64,000 nucleotides of DNA from Convolutriloba macropyga (taxonomy: Eukaryota). Under the pieces are notes generated by a model that searched no databases, had not been told where the DNA came from, and was given only the letters and a program-made list of their open reading frames with translations. The position numbers and the translations under genes were made by a program. This document shows positions 11,240-24,825 of this stretch, piece after piece. Location of the stretch: contig NC_134471.1 in the NCBI RefSeq assembly GCF_964194025.1, positions 25,358,001-25,422,000 of the forward strand, given 5' to 3'. Position 1 is the first letter of the stretch. Each line of letters begins with the position of its first letter.

Positions 11240-12828
11240 ACATTTTTGTTGCGATTTTCTGTTGCTCACACAAAAAATGAAATTGGTAGCTGATTAGAGT
11301 GAAAATGCAAAGAAGCATGAAAATAGTGGGCCTTGAGAACTGGTGTTTAACACAATGTGCGCAAAAGTTGTATAACACAATGTGCGCTTTTTAGATTGTT
11401 CCTTTTGTCAATTGGAAGATCTTGCTAAGAAAAAGTATGCTTGCAATGTAAATTTTTTAATACTCTTTTTGAGAAGTAGGCTTTGTCTTTTTTATACATG
11501 ATTGCAGAAGTTGATCTGAAAGGGTACCACAAACAATACTTTTAAAGAAAGATTTGGAGCTTCATTCAAAAAAATTTTTTTGATGATTTTAGAGTAGTAG
11601 ATTTTGACGGCTCTCAATAGAGTTGGTTAATATTTCTAAATAAAGTCATATTTTTTTATTTAGTCTGCTTAAGGGTGCTAGGAAGTTGAGGCGGAAGGAA
11701 AATTAGCCGAATGGAATATAAGCCGAAAAGGAGATTTTAACCAATCAGATTGCAGAACTGTTGTGATATTTTGGTCGGTTGTGATAGATTCATATCAAGT
11801 CCCATAGGCCCATGAGGCATGGCCGTGGCACGCGAGGCATGGCCAAATGCGTTATTTTCATGTGTAAGCGAGTTAGATAATTGCGCATCCCACTTATGTT
11901 TGCTTATAGCAATTATCTCATGCAATCATTTCCGCTACTATTCCACGTTTTGACTTTTTCGGCTAATTTTCAGGTCGGCTATTTTTCCCTGCTAAAGAGT
12001 GGTAAATAATGGCAAATATATGGTAAGCTCTAAACAAATCCTTTATTGTGAGCCCTTAATTTGTACTGCGCCCGTATTCTGGTGAAGGGTTATTATTGAT
12101 AAAACAATGTGACTTTGATTTCAAATAATTTCATAGAAGCTCATATTCTTTCGACTGCTTTAAAAAATTGGAGAGGTCATATCTCAACTCTGGTGATAAC
12201 GTTCCAGTAGCGGAAATGGACCCTTTCTTTTTCTTTCGTTTGTTTCTGTTGTAAAAAAATAATAATGGTTTGCAGTACTTGGGTTTTGTGGATCATCATT
12301 TTAAATCTACGTCACTAGGCGGTTTATTTGTAGCCGTTGTCCGAGCTATCTTTTTCATCAAAATTTTGACAGATGAAATACGTTTAATTTTGTTTTTATC
12401 AAGAGTCTTAAGCTGGTCCCGAGCTCAAGCAAACCTCACCAGATTACAATTAAACTGAGCAATAAAAATACTATTGAATAAAAAAATGCTTTTGGAAAGA
12501 TATAAACCTGGGAATCGTCTAAACCTGGGAGCGAAGTTAAAACAAAGTGTTGTCTTTCGTGCTACTGCTATCCTCATTATCTCCCGCAGCATAAGTGAAA
12601 AGAATCCCTGAGCTTTCGGGTCCATGTAACTGCACTTTTTGTTCTACTGGAGAGAAATTACAATTACAGTCCAACAGAGACATCTAACTTCGGTCCAGCA
12701 GAGACTAAAAAAGTACTGCCAAATGGATTCGAAAGGTCATCTATTGGATGGTTTTTTACTGCTGCCACGCGAGACACCGAGGACATCAATAACAGGAAAA
12801 ACCAACACTCTGTTCAGTCCCGCAAAAG
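11240..12828 (+). repeat. Duplicated block, essentially identical copy at ~17760-19348
   Basis: Identical ORFs at a 6520-bp offset (11737/18257, 12270/18790, 12425/18945). Confidence 0.9.
11690..11992. mobile_element. MITE with GGAAAATTAGCCGA...TCGGCTATTTTTCC termini; second copy ~18210-18512
   Basis: Inverted, internally repeated AGCCGA/TCGGCT terminal modules. Confidence 0.55.
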
Positions 12829-12829
12829 A

Positions 12830-14870
12830 GAAAATGGTCTGTTGTGGAAAAATACTCTCAATTTAAACAAATATATGCAAATACCCACCACCCCAAGGAC
12901 ATTTGCCTAAATTTTAAAACATTTAGGAAACTTTATGTCGCAATTTTTAACGACCAATTTAGGATATTTAGGGCAGAAAGCTCAAACGGGTGAAATTTTA
13001 GCACCTCAAAACGATATAAAAAAATTTGTTGAGCCCAAAAATTATTGGTTGCTACTGAGATTTAAACTTATCGGCTATCTTTAGTTGCCTATAATTGCAA
13101 TCAAACTCGATTGCAATCAAATTGGATCAGATTTAACTCTTAGTGGATCTGCAAAACAAGATAAAAATGATTTTTTGTTAGACAAAATTTAAAGGCGTAT
13201 AACTATAGGTTGACAAAAATGTGTTAACATCTTAGCAATTCATTTTTTGAAGCCTCCTAAGTAAATTTTCTATTTCATCAAAGATGAATACTTTACTAAA
13301 AAATTATCGGGTATGTGGCAAGCTATCGTAAAAAAGCGCCAGATCAATGATGATATTTTTCCAAAGTAAAGTCATTTAAATTTCACCTTGGGAGTTCACC
13401 TCAGGAGCGATGACCAGTTTCTGTGCAGTTTTTAAAGTTACACAGATAGAATTTGAAATGCTTTCAATTTTTGTTGTACGGAAAATGTGAAATTACAAAA
13501 ATCTTGAAGCAAATTGCAAAATTTTGAACACTAAGAACATTAGACAAGATATTCACATTTTTGTTGCGATTTTCTGTTGCTCACACGAAAAATGAAATTG
13601 GTAGCTGATTAGAGTGCAAATGTAAAAAAGCATGAAAATAGTGGGCCTTGTGAACTGGTGTTTTCTTTCTTGATCACTACTAGCCTTTGATATGACTTCA
13701 GAAAACGAAACAATTTGGAAAGTATTTTGATATCAAAAAAAACAGGCCATCACAATGAAAGATTTCGAGCATTTTAGTTTCGCGGCCTCGAAATAGAAAA
13801 AAGTAAGCTCTGAATTTATTTTTTTTATCCAAATGTTTGTGTAGAGATTTGAGAACCTTTTGACTGTCTTCAGTTTTAGAATTGAAAAGTCTCAATATTA
13901 ACTGAGGGCTATGAAAAACAAAGTAGCCATTTGCGCACTTTATTTGACTATTGAACAAGCTCCAAGTGTTCCAAGAGACATTATAATGCAAAATGTTTGA
14001 GGATTTTGAAACTGAAAGAACAAAAAAAAATTAATGCAGATTAGGTCGTCGCCTTCTTAAACTTGCTTTGATAGTTTACTTCAGTAGTTCAATGAGCGTT
14101 TTAACAGAAGTTTTTCTAAAAAGTCTGACAAGATAGTATTATTGAAGATGATGACTTTGTGTCCGAAATAAAAGTTCATAATTTATTTTGAAAAATTTGA
14201 CATTTTTCGGCTCTTTCGCCTCATAACAATTTCTAAAACTTATATTTTAATTCCCCATATAAATTGGGTCACCAAACCAGACTTTAAAAACATCAGGACT
14301 TCATTTTTTTGTAATAGTTTATACAGCTTGTTTTCGACTTAAATTTATTGTTTTTCAAGTTGACGATTGGAAATCTATATGCCGCGAACAATTTGATTAT
14401 CCAGCACTTACATTCTGACAGCTTCAGAGGCAATACAACGTTTTCGTCTGCTGAATGTACAGTACTATCAACCATCACTTTTTTTAGTATAAAAGAATTA
14501 AATGATGAGTATGGAAAATTTTAATCAATTTCAAAGCAATTTAGTCGCAAAATATTTTCAACCCATCGTTTGATAAGATCAAGGTGCAAAGTTTTCAAAA
14601 GTCATAAAGACAACAACTCATACAATCATACAAAGATGTTTTGTACTTTTTTTTAAAGCTATTTTGTAGTAAACAAAACAAGCCAAACATTGAAAGGTCT
14701 TTTCTTAAATCGATTTTTAGATCTACTTAACAGCCGACTTTCAAAAGTTTTTTTGATCGCTTTTCTCTTTTTTGGTGGATATTTATCTGTTTTCCAAACG
14801 TCAGAAAAGCAGCTATTGATAAAAAATAGGAGTCAATTTGCCCTTATTGAAATCTGGGGAAAATTGGCCT
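12830..14870 (+). repeat. Duplicated block, copy at ~15231-17255; first ~830 bp also related to ~10500-11345
   Basis: Near-identical ORFs at a 2401-bp offset (13698/16099); divergence rises in the distal part. Confidence 0.9.
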
Positions 14871-17800
14871 AAATCTATTTCACCCCCATCCCCGCCTCCC
14901 TGATGTTCAATTGTTTCTGGTGCTCATACCAGGGGGTCTAGGAAAAAACCCAACTGAATTTTAGGTAGGAAGCCAACCCGCACGGAAATAAACCCCCTTT
15001 TTAAAATTTAATTTGGTCGTGATAATTTGTTCGGTTGTAATAGTTTATTAGCAAGTACCACGGGCAGATAAGGCAAGGCCATGGCCCGCGAGGCATGGCC
15101 AAACGCGCTGAAAGCGCAGCTCTTTAATAGTAAAGTGGGGGTATACTTCAGTGGTTTTTCGTGAGGTTTTATTTCAAATGAAGTGGGTTTTTTCGTGGGG
15201 TGCCCTAACCGACCAGGGGGTGCTTCAATAAGAAAATGGTCTGTTGTGGAAAAATACTCTCAATTTAAACAAATATATGCAAATACCCACCACCCCAAGG
15301 ACATTTGCCTAAATTTTAAAACATTTAGGAAACTTTATGTCGCAATTTTTAACGACCAATTTAGGATATTTAGGGCAGAAAGCTCAAACGGGTGAAATTT
15401 TAGCACCTCAAAACGATATAAAAAAATTTGTTGAGCCCAAAAATTATTGGTTGCTACTGAGATTTAAACTTATCGGCTATCTTTAGTTGCCTATAATTGC
15501 AATCAAACTCGATTGCAATCAAATTGGATCAGATTTAACTCTTAGTGGATCTGCAAAACAAGATAAAAATGATTTTTTGTTAGACAAAATTTAAAGGCGT
15601 ATAACTATAGGTTGACAAAAATGTGTTAACATCTTAGCAATTCATTTTTTGAAGCCTCCTAAGTAAATTTTCTATTTCATCAAAGATGAATACTTTACTA
15701 AAAATTATCGGGTATGTGGCAAGCTATCGTAAAAAAGCGCCAGATCAATGATGATATTTTTCCAAAGTAAAGTCATTTAAATTTCACCTTGGGAGTTCAC
15801 CTCAGGAGCGATGACCAGTTTCTGTGCAGTTTTTAAAGTTACATAGATAGAATTTGAAATGCTTTCAATTTTTGTTGTACGGAAAATGTGAAATTACAAA
15901 AATCTTGAAGCAAATTGCAAAATTTTGAACACTAAGAACATTAGACAAGATATTCACATTTTTGTTGCGATTTTCTGTTGCTCACACGAAAAATGAAATT
16001 GGTAGCTGATTAGAGTGCAAATGTAAAAAAGCATGAAAATAGTGGGCCTTGTGAACTGGTGTTTTCTTTCTTGATCACTACTAGCCTTTGATATGACTTC
16101 AGAAAACGAAACAATTTGGAAAGCATTTTGATATAAAAAAAAACAGGCCATCACAATGAAAGATTTCGAGCATTTTAGTTTCGCGGCCTCGAAATAGAAA
16201 AAAGTAAGCTCTGAATTTATTTTTTTTATCCAAATGTTTGTGTAGAGATTTGAGAACCTTTTGACTGTCTTCAGTTTTAGAATTGAAAAGTCTCAATATT
16301 AACTGAGGGCTATGAAAAACAAAGTAGCCATTTGCGCACTTTATTTGACTATTGAACAAGCTCCAAGTGTTCCAAGAGACATTATAATGCAAAATGTTTG
16401 AGGATTTTGAAACTGAAAGAACAAAAAAAAATTAATGCAGATTAGGTCGTCGCCTTCTTAAACTTGCTTTGATAGTTTACTTCAGTAGTTCAATGAGCGT
16501 TTTAACAGAAGTTTTTCTAAAAAGTCTGACAAGATAGTATTATTGAAGATGATGACTTTGTGTCCGAAAAAAAGTTCACAAATTATTTTGAAAAATTCGA
16601 CATTTTTCGGCTCTTTCGCCTCATAACAATTTCTAAAACTTATATTTTAATTCTCCATATAAATTGGGTCACCAAACCAGACTTTAAAAACAACAGGACT
16701 TCATTTTTTGTAATAGTTTATACAGCTTGTTTTTGACTAAAATCTATTGTTTTACAAGTTGACGACTGGAAATCTATTTGCCGCGAACAATATGATTATC
16801 CAGCACTGTTACATTCTGATAACTTCAGAGGCAATACAACGTTTTCGTCTGCTGAATGCACAGTACTTTCAACCAACACTTTTTTAGTATAAAAGAATTA
16901 AATGATGAGTATGGAAAATACAAATCAATTTCAAAGCAATTTAGTGGCAAAATATTTTCAACCCATCGTTTGATAAGATCAACAAGGTGAAAATTTTTCA
17001 AAAGTCATAAAGAAACAGCTCATACAAAGTTGTTTTGCACTTTTTTTAAAGCTATTTTGTAGTTAACAAAACAAGCCAAATATTGAAAGGTCTTAAATCG
17101 ATTTTTAGATCTACTTAACAACCAACTTTCAAGTTTTTTTGATCGCTCTTCTCTTTTTTGGTGGATATTTATCTGTTTTCCAAATTTCAGAAAAGCAGCT
17201 ATTGATTAAAATAGGAGTCAATTTGCCCTTATTGAAATCTGGGGAAAATTGACCTGAAAAGCCTTAGTTGATTAGGAAGCAGATATCATTTATTTACATC
17301 GACGGCCTAATATTGTGTTCTGGTTGATGAAATTGGCGTCATTCTTTTTTTGCTGCTGAGGAAACTCGCTACTGACAGAAAAAGGTTAATTTAAGGATTT
17401 CTTTTTTTTTCAATTTATAATGATTAACTATATAATCATTTGTAACCTTCTTTCGTGTGGCACTTTACACATTACTTATGTAAATCAATCTCTATTAGTT
17501 CAGTTTGTAAAAGTGCATGTTTTTTTCAGAAACTCGAACAAAAGTTGTATAACACAATGAGCGCTTTTTAGATTGTTCCTTTTGTCAATTGGAAAATCTT
17601 GATAAGAAAAAGTATGCTTGCAATGTAAATTTTTATATACTCTTTTTGAGAACTAGGCTTTGTCTTTTTTATACATGATTATACGGAAAATGGGAAATTA
17701 AAAAAATCTTGAAGCAAATTGCAAAATTTTGAACACTAAGAACATTAGACAAGATATTCACATTTTTGTTGCGATTTTCTGTTGCTCACACAAAAAATGA

Positions 17801-20447
17801 AATTGGTAGCTGATTAGAGTGAAAATGCAAAGAAGCATGAAAATAGTGGGCCTTGAGAACTGGTGTTTAACACAATGTGCGCAAAAGTTGTATAACACAA
17901 TGTGCGCTTTTTAGATTGTTCCTTTTGTCAATTGGAAGATCTTGCTAAGAAAAAGTATGCTTGCAATGTAAATTTTTTAATACTCTTTTTGAGAAGTAGG
18001 CTTTGTCTTTTTTATACATGATTGCAGAAGTTGATCTGAAAGGGTACCACAAACAATACTTTTAAAGAAAGATTTGGAGCTTCATTCAAAAAAATTTTTT
18101 TGATGATTTTAGAGTAGTAGATTTTGACGGCTCTCAATAGAGTTGGTTAATATTTCTAAATAAAGTCATATTTTTTTATTTAGTCTGCTTAAGGGTGCTA
18201 GGAAGTTGAGGCGGAAGGAAAATTAGCCGAATGGAATATAAGCCGAAAAGGAGATTTTAACCAATCAGATTGCAGAACTGTTGTGATATTTTGGTCGGTT
18301 GTGATAGATTCATATCAAGTCCCATAGGCCCATGAGGCATGGCCGTGGCACGCGAGGCATGGCCAAATGCGTTATTTTCATGTGTAAGCGAGTTAGATAA
18401 TTGCGCATCCCACTTATGTTTGCTTATAGCAATTATCTCATGCAATCATTTCCGCTACTATTCCACGTTTTGACTTTTTCGGCTAATTTTCAGGTCGGCT
18501 ATTTTTCCCTGCTAAAGAGTGGTAAATAATGGCAAATATATGGTAAGCTCTAAACAAATCCTTTATTGTGAGCCCTTAATTTGTACTGCGCCCGTATTCT
18601 GGTGAAGGGTTATTATTGATAAAACAATGTGACTTTGATTTCAAATAATTTCATAGAAGCTCATATTCTTTCGACTGCTTTAAAAAATTGGAGAGGTCAT
18701 ATCTCAACTCTGGTGATAACGTTCCAGTAGCGGAAATGGACCCTTTCTTTTTCTTTCGTTTGTTTCTGTTGTAAAAAAATAATAATGGTTTGCAGTACTT
18801 GGGTTTTGTGGATCATCATTTTAAATCTACGTCACTAGGCGGTTTATTTGTAGCCGTTGTCCGAGCTATCTTTTTCATCAAAATTTTGACAGATGAAATA
18901 CGTTTAATTTTGTTTTTATCAAGAGTCTTAAGCTGGTCCCGAGCTCAAGCAAACCTCACCAGATTACAATTAAACTGAGCAATAAAAATACTATTGAATA
19001 AAAAAATGCTTTTGGAAAGATATAAACCTGGGAATCGTCTAAACCTGGGAGCGAAGTTAAAACAAAGTGTTGTCTTTCGTGCTACTGCTATCCTCATTAT
19101 CTCCCGCAGCATAAGTGAAAAGAATCCCTGAGCTTTCGGGTCCATGTAACTGCACTTTTTGTTCTACTGGAGAGAAATTACAATTACAGTCCAACAGAGA
19201 CATCTAACTTCGGTCCAGCAGAGACTAAAAAAGTACTGCCAAATGGATTCGAAAGGTCATCTATTGGATGGTTTTTTACTGCTGCCACGCGAGACACCGA
19301 GGACATCAATAACAGGAAAAACCAACACTCTGTTCAGTCCCGCAAAAGCGTTGACTTGGTCAAATGCGAAGTCTCGTCTCAGAGGTAGTCAAGGCTCTCG
19401 GTATTATTAAATGAAAAAGCAGAATTGTATTGGGGAGTTCAATTTAATGAAAAGTTGGCGGTTTCGCTGACTAAGAATTTTTGGCGGAACAATACAAGAG
19501 TGTCATCAGAGACCCTGACACAAGAAAACAACTGAATACAAAAAAAAGACATTCAGAGAGATGAAATGAAAATTGGTTAGTTTTTTCTCGCTAAATTTGC
19601 AGGAGAAGGTGAAAAAAGTCAGTAGACCCAAAGAAAACAGTTGAGTTAAAAAAGATAATAGACCTTAAATACTTTCCGGGCTGTTTAAAGAGCAGTTATC
19701 ATGTTAACACTCCCGTCATGGTGAATCTTCGAGATTGTAATAAATTTAAATTCATTTTCCACATCAAATTATTTTTTTCATCTGTGTTCTTGAAACTAGG
19801 ATTTCAAAACATGAGCAAATTTCTTTTCTGTCTAACGGTAATTGCCCTATTTTGTTTAATTTTGTGTCCTTTTGTTCAACTTATACATATGTTACTGAGA
19901 GCTACATCATTCTAGCCAGGTTTACGTTGTAGATCTTCAGTTACCATTCGTCAAGATTATAGCATGCAAAAATTGAATTTAGTCGTGAGGCGATTAAAAA
20001 CACAATCTTTGATGTTTTTAAATATCAGAGCAACAAAATCGATATCAGTTTTGAGAATTTTTTAAAGAATTTACAATAAATTAATAATATTTTAATCAAA
20101 CTTTACAGAGAGTAGAAAATTTTGTTAGGGAGCAAAAATTGCTCCAAGGAGTTGTGTTCGACAACTATTTACAAATTAAAGATTTTTGTTCAAATATTTT
20201 CTTCCATGGTCGTTGTACGGTAGTGTCAGAAAAAAATTCCAAAAATTAGGATAATTCATCGAGAGAAGTTCAAAAAAAAAGTATGGCGTCAGCTTCGTTG
20301 AACTGAGAAAGAAGCTCTGGTACACCTTGCCCCGTCAAGCAAGATCATTGTTACTTTTAAAACTTGAAAAAACTTGTCAAGATCGTGGTACGCAAAAATA
20401 CTACGGAATACTCGGTTAAGATTTTATTAAAACAAGGAGGCTCGTTC

Positions 20448-23400
20448 GCACATGATGTTCCGACCCGAGCTCATCTACATTTTTGACTTAATTGTCAACC
20501 AAATGAAGAGATATCAAAAATAGATGCTTGAGTTTAAGAATAATTGGTACAAAACCTAATTACTAATTGAATTACATAATGCCATGCGTCATTAGAGCAT
20601 TCACAAGATCTGGCATCAAAAAGACAAGAAAAAAACAAACATTAAAGTAAGCAAAAACAAAAATTTCACGGCAAAAACTCAATCTAAAATAAAAAGCACC
20701 TAGTAACAACGTCAAAATGCAATCAGATAGAACCTTAACTACACAAATTTACTTTTTCCTAACTATACAGCAGATGGATGGTGATGAGATTCCGTTACCC
20801 TTAATGAGTTTAGGTAACAATTCGACAAAGAGAAGAAAAAATCAGGTTGAAATCAAATAACAATGAACCTTTTTTAAACCCAATGATTTCAAAATCCAAA
20901 AATATTTAGGTTCTAATGAAGTAAATCTCGAAAAATTTACTTACTATAAAGGCATTATGAAGACAATGGGACCTATCTTTGGTTAGACTACGCCATCGGA
21001 ACGGACTAAAGACGCTAAAAATCTCAAAAAATTGCAAACAGTTTGCAAAAACAAAAATTGTTGAAGCCATTAAAACCATTAGCGATTATCTGAACGTTGT
21101 ATTTTTATTTCAGTTTGTATTATGCTAATTCAGCTAAAATTATACAGAAGGAATGAAAAAGTTCATTTGCACTTCATTTTAAAATCATTGGGATCTGTTA
21201 TTACCTGAATGTGCTAAAAGAAGAAAAAAAGAAACAAAAATACACCATTCGGAAAATTTTTATGAAAACGCATCTTGTCCACCAAACAAAACATCATAAA
21301 AACAGCAGACATGTTAATCTTTGAAATTCAAGGAATTGGATAGGACCTCTCAATGACGAGAATAAGTTACAAGTTGACGAAAAGAACAACAAAAATTGAA
21401 AAGTTTGAAAAATCTTGAAAATGTACAATGTCACAAATTTTAAGACTATTCGCTATAAACTGACTGCTTCAGGTATTATCATTCAATTTATCGGAAATTA
21501 CAAGTTTAAGACACTGGTCTGCGTCTTACGGCTACCTAAGGAATAAAAAAGGCAAAAACAGCAAGTTCAAAAAAAATTAAGCGAGAAAAGTGTCAAAGCC
21601 ATTAGAGAATGCATTTTTAAGTAAAAAAAAATATTTTCAATTAATTTTATAACAGCAGTGGGATTGTTTTTATGGTTAAAAAATGACTTGAAAAACAACA
21701 AATTTAAACAAATATATTAAAACCACGAAGTTTTTTAGAAAATCGCTAATATAAAAGCCATTAAATTCAATAGTTTTCATCTTGGATTTAAAGAAACACG
21801 CCAAGTTCTGCCTTGATGAGAAGGCTAAGATGTTTTTTTCATGGGTTATCGACAACTCATCACAATAAGTCGTATGGCAATGAGAAATACATTAAGACTA
21901 GTAAATTTTTGAGAAAACCCATGGTATCAACTTTGTAAAATTGAATAGCTTTCAACGGAAGCCATTAAATACGCTAAATTAAGCCTATATGTGACGACAA
22001 GGATGTTTGTCGCTCAACAAGGACAGGCAAAATCCAAAAATTCTGCAGAAAAGTGCAAGAAGAAAGTATAGAAGCCAATTAAACCATAAGCTTTGCTCCG
22101 ATACTTTATCTACAATCCATTAAACTTCTTTGTTTTTGCCAAAAACAATGAGAGCCATCAATATTAGGATAGTACCGGATAAGATTTCAAAAAGAATCTA
22201 AAATACGATATGTCAAAAAAAATTTTAAAAACTTTTCAAATCTTGTAACATATAACCAATAGTCAGAAGATAAAACCGCCAAATGGATAAATTTTTGTTG
22301 AAGCAGAAAGTAAAGTGGTTCTGCTATTACTGACACTGACTTACAGTTCACGAAAAGAAGCCTAAGGTTAATTTATGTCCAAAAAAGTTTTAAAATAAAT
22401 ATTTTAAAAGTCTTAGCAGCTTTTAATTTCAATAGCTTTCAACGGAAGTCAATAAATACGCTCGGGTGTACCAAAGATGTTTGTAATGCATAGGTGATCA
22501 ATAAGACATCACAATAAGTCTTACGAATACGAAAATGACAACAAATACAAGCAAAGAGCAAAAATTCTGCAGAAAACTGCGAGAAGATTATGTTGAAGCC
22601 AGTTAAAACATAAGTTTTTTCTCTGAAAACTTTATCGATATTCCATTGAACGTCCTTGCTGAAACATTGGGAGCCATCAATAATAGGATAACGTGATAAG
22701 ATTTCAAAAGGAACCAATAATACGAATTGTGCAAAAGTTGAAAAAAAATGAAATCCTGTGGCATTGAAGTCATATAACCAATAGTTACAAGATAAGATCG
22801 CTAACGACATTAATATTGGTTGCAGTAGGAAGGAAGGGGGTCCTGCGATTACTGAAATTGACTTACAGTTCAAAAAACAAAATTATGATTAGTTAATATT
22901 AAAAAAATTTTGAAAATTTATCTTGAAAGTCTTAACAGCCATTAGCTGTCCTCCCAAAGCACTAGATAGGTTCACTTAATGCTCATAACGACACCTATTG
23001 CACTTATAGTCAACGAGTTATTCCATAGGATTCCAAATTTAGTAAAACCTCAAAAAGAAAATCAAAATTTCATATAAAATTACGAAAACTGAGATACGAA
23101 TCCAAAAAAAACATGAGCGATACCTTGGCATTGTTCATTGGGCTTCATTTGATTGTAAATGAGGTTTGTCATTAACGGAACCTCGATGTGAAAAGTGACT
23201 AGTCTCTAAGTGACTTGAAAAAAAAACAAAAAAAACATGCAAAATTGTCGAAAAAATGAGCTCTCAAATAGAATCCGATTATTTTATAGTAAACTTCCCT
23301 ATGAGACCAGAAATAGTCTTTTTTATTGCCTTCCGTCTATTAGGAACAGAAAATAGATTTTTTTTGTGTTGTGAAATGTAATTTTGATTTAAAACTTTTA

Positions 23401-23570
23401 TAGAAAAAAAAGTTAATTCAACAAAATTAAGGTAAAAGTGAACCGAAAATCCGTGTTTACATGAAAATTTAAACCTCGATAACTCCTCGAAAAAAAATGA
23501 AATTAAAAAAAAATCTTTTTTATTTCGAATTCTACGCTGGATGAGCTTTTTAATGATACCACTCACATTT
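20448..23570 (+). repeat. Long A-rich interspersed repeat with an internal ~490-bp tandem duplication; family members at ~35283-37500 (direct) and ~25159-27150 (inverted)
   Basis: GCACATGATGTTCCGAC.CGAGCTCATCTAC...TTGACTTAATTGTCAACCAAATGAAGAG at 20448 and 35283; TAATGATACCACTCACA (~23552) inverted at 25159; AATAGCTTTCAACGGAAG at ~21945 and 22431. Confidence 0.7.
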
Positions 23571-24562
23571 CTCTACGATGAATATATCGATCGTCTCAAA
23601 ATTGTCTCAACAAAAAAAAACAATCATAACAAGACATGTCAAAAAACTTGCAACTTGCTATAAGATCTTAAATATTCACAGGTTAAATCTTAAATCTTTG
23701 AAAGAGGTCATAAAAAAAGTTGAACCAATTTATTTTACAGTTATAAATGGGGCAATGTGGATCAATCAACAATTTTTGTATCAGAAGGTGGTATAAACAG
23801 ACAAACGAAAGTTGAAAAAGAGGACACTTCGTCTGTTTTTAACCCACTGATTGGAAGCAAACGCTAGCTTTTAACCAGGATTGTGCAAGTGTTTATATTT
23901 TTTTTAATGTTCTCTTGAAAGAGCAAATTCATCAGCTCGATTTTTCAACCATTTTCTTGATTTAAAGAAAATCAGGGTCGTTGAGCTTTTTTGAATTGAT
24001 GTGGTTGGCGACCATGGTTTAGTAGTTCAAGCAATGAAAATTTCTTCCTCCTCGCTTTCAATCTCGGTAACATATTCTACATGGCAATCAAACGAAGTGC
24101 AGACAATATAGTCTAATTAGAAGTTTCTAGACAAAGAATTTCAATGCATGACATCAACAATGCCAAAACTTTGGTTCAAATGAGTGATGTAATAACTTCG
24201 TTACGATCAATAATAACTGACACTGTTCGCTTATTATGAAACGTCAATAACTAGAGAATAATTTTGCAACATCATTATTGTTTGCGATTTATTGTTAATA
24301 GAAATAATATCTCGTGATTCTGCTTGAATAATACCTCTTTACACATCATTATTTCATGGTAATTCATACACAAGAACCGAAGTAAGTTAGCATGTTTTTG
24401 ATTTGTTTCACAATTTTTAATCTTATCAAAAGCCCGGCCTTTTTTTAGATTGGGACTCAATTAATGAAACTAAAATTGGCCACTGCAAACTTAATTGTTG
24501 TTTTAGTTACCCAAATAGTTTCAAAAATGGTAAAAATGGTTTTTTTATTTTTTAGCACTTCG

Positions 24563-24825
24563 ATGGAACTGAACTTGGACGACCTCAGACGCCGATTGAT
24601 TCGCAAGATCGATGTAGAGGTCAAAGAGACACTCGAGTCTTTCTCAGGAGGCGATGACTTTCTCTTACATCCGGGAGGTCGCATTCAGGGCAAGGGAGGA
24701 TCTGTGAATGATTTGAGATCACAGCAGGGATCCAATGAGAATGTCGCTTCAACTGGTTCTGGAGGGGCGACCTCAGAGCAACATCATTGCGACGAAACAG
24801 ACAAAAGTGCAGCTGAAAGAACGGC
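24563..24825 (+). CDS. SOAT1: SOAT coding exon 1 (N-terminus)
   Basis: Acceptor tttttag at 24555, ATG 24563, donor GTTAGT in phase 2 matching the next exon. Confidence 0.7.

Noticed and set aside
11737-19410. Duplicated short ORFs as a gene family
   Set aside because: Identity reflects the DNA duplication; no recognisable motifs or splice structure
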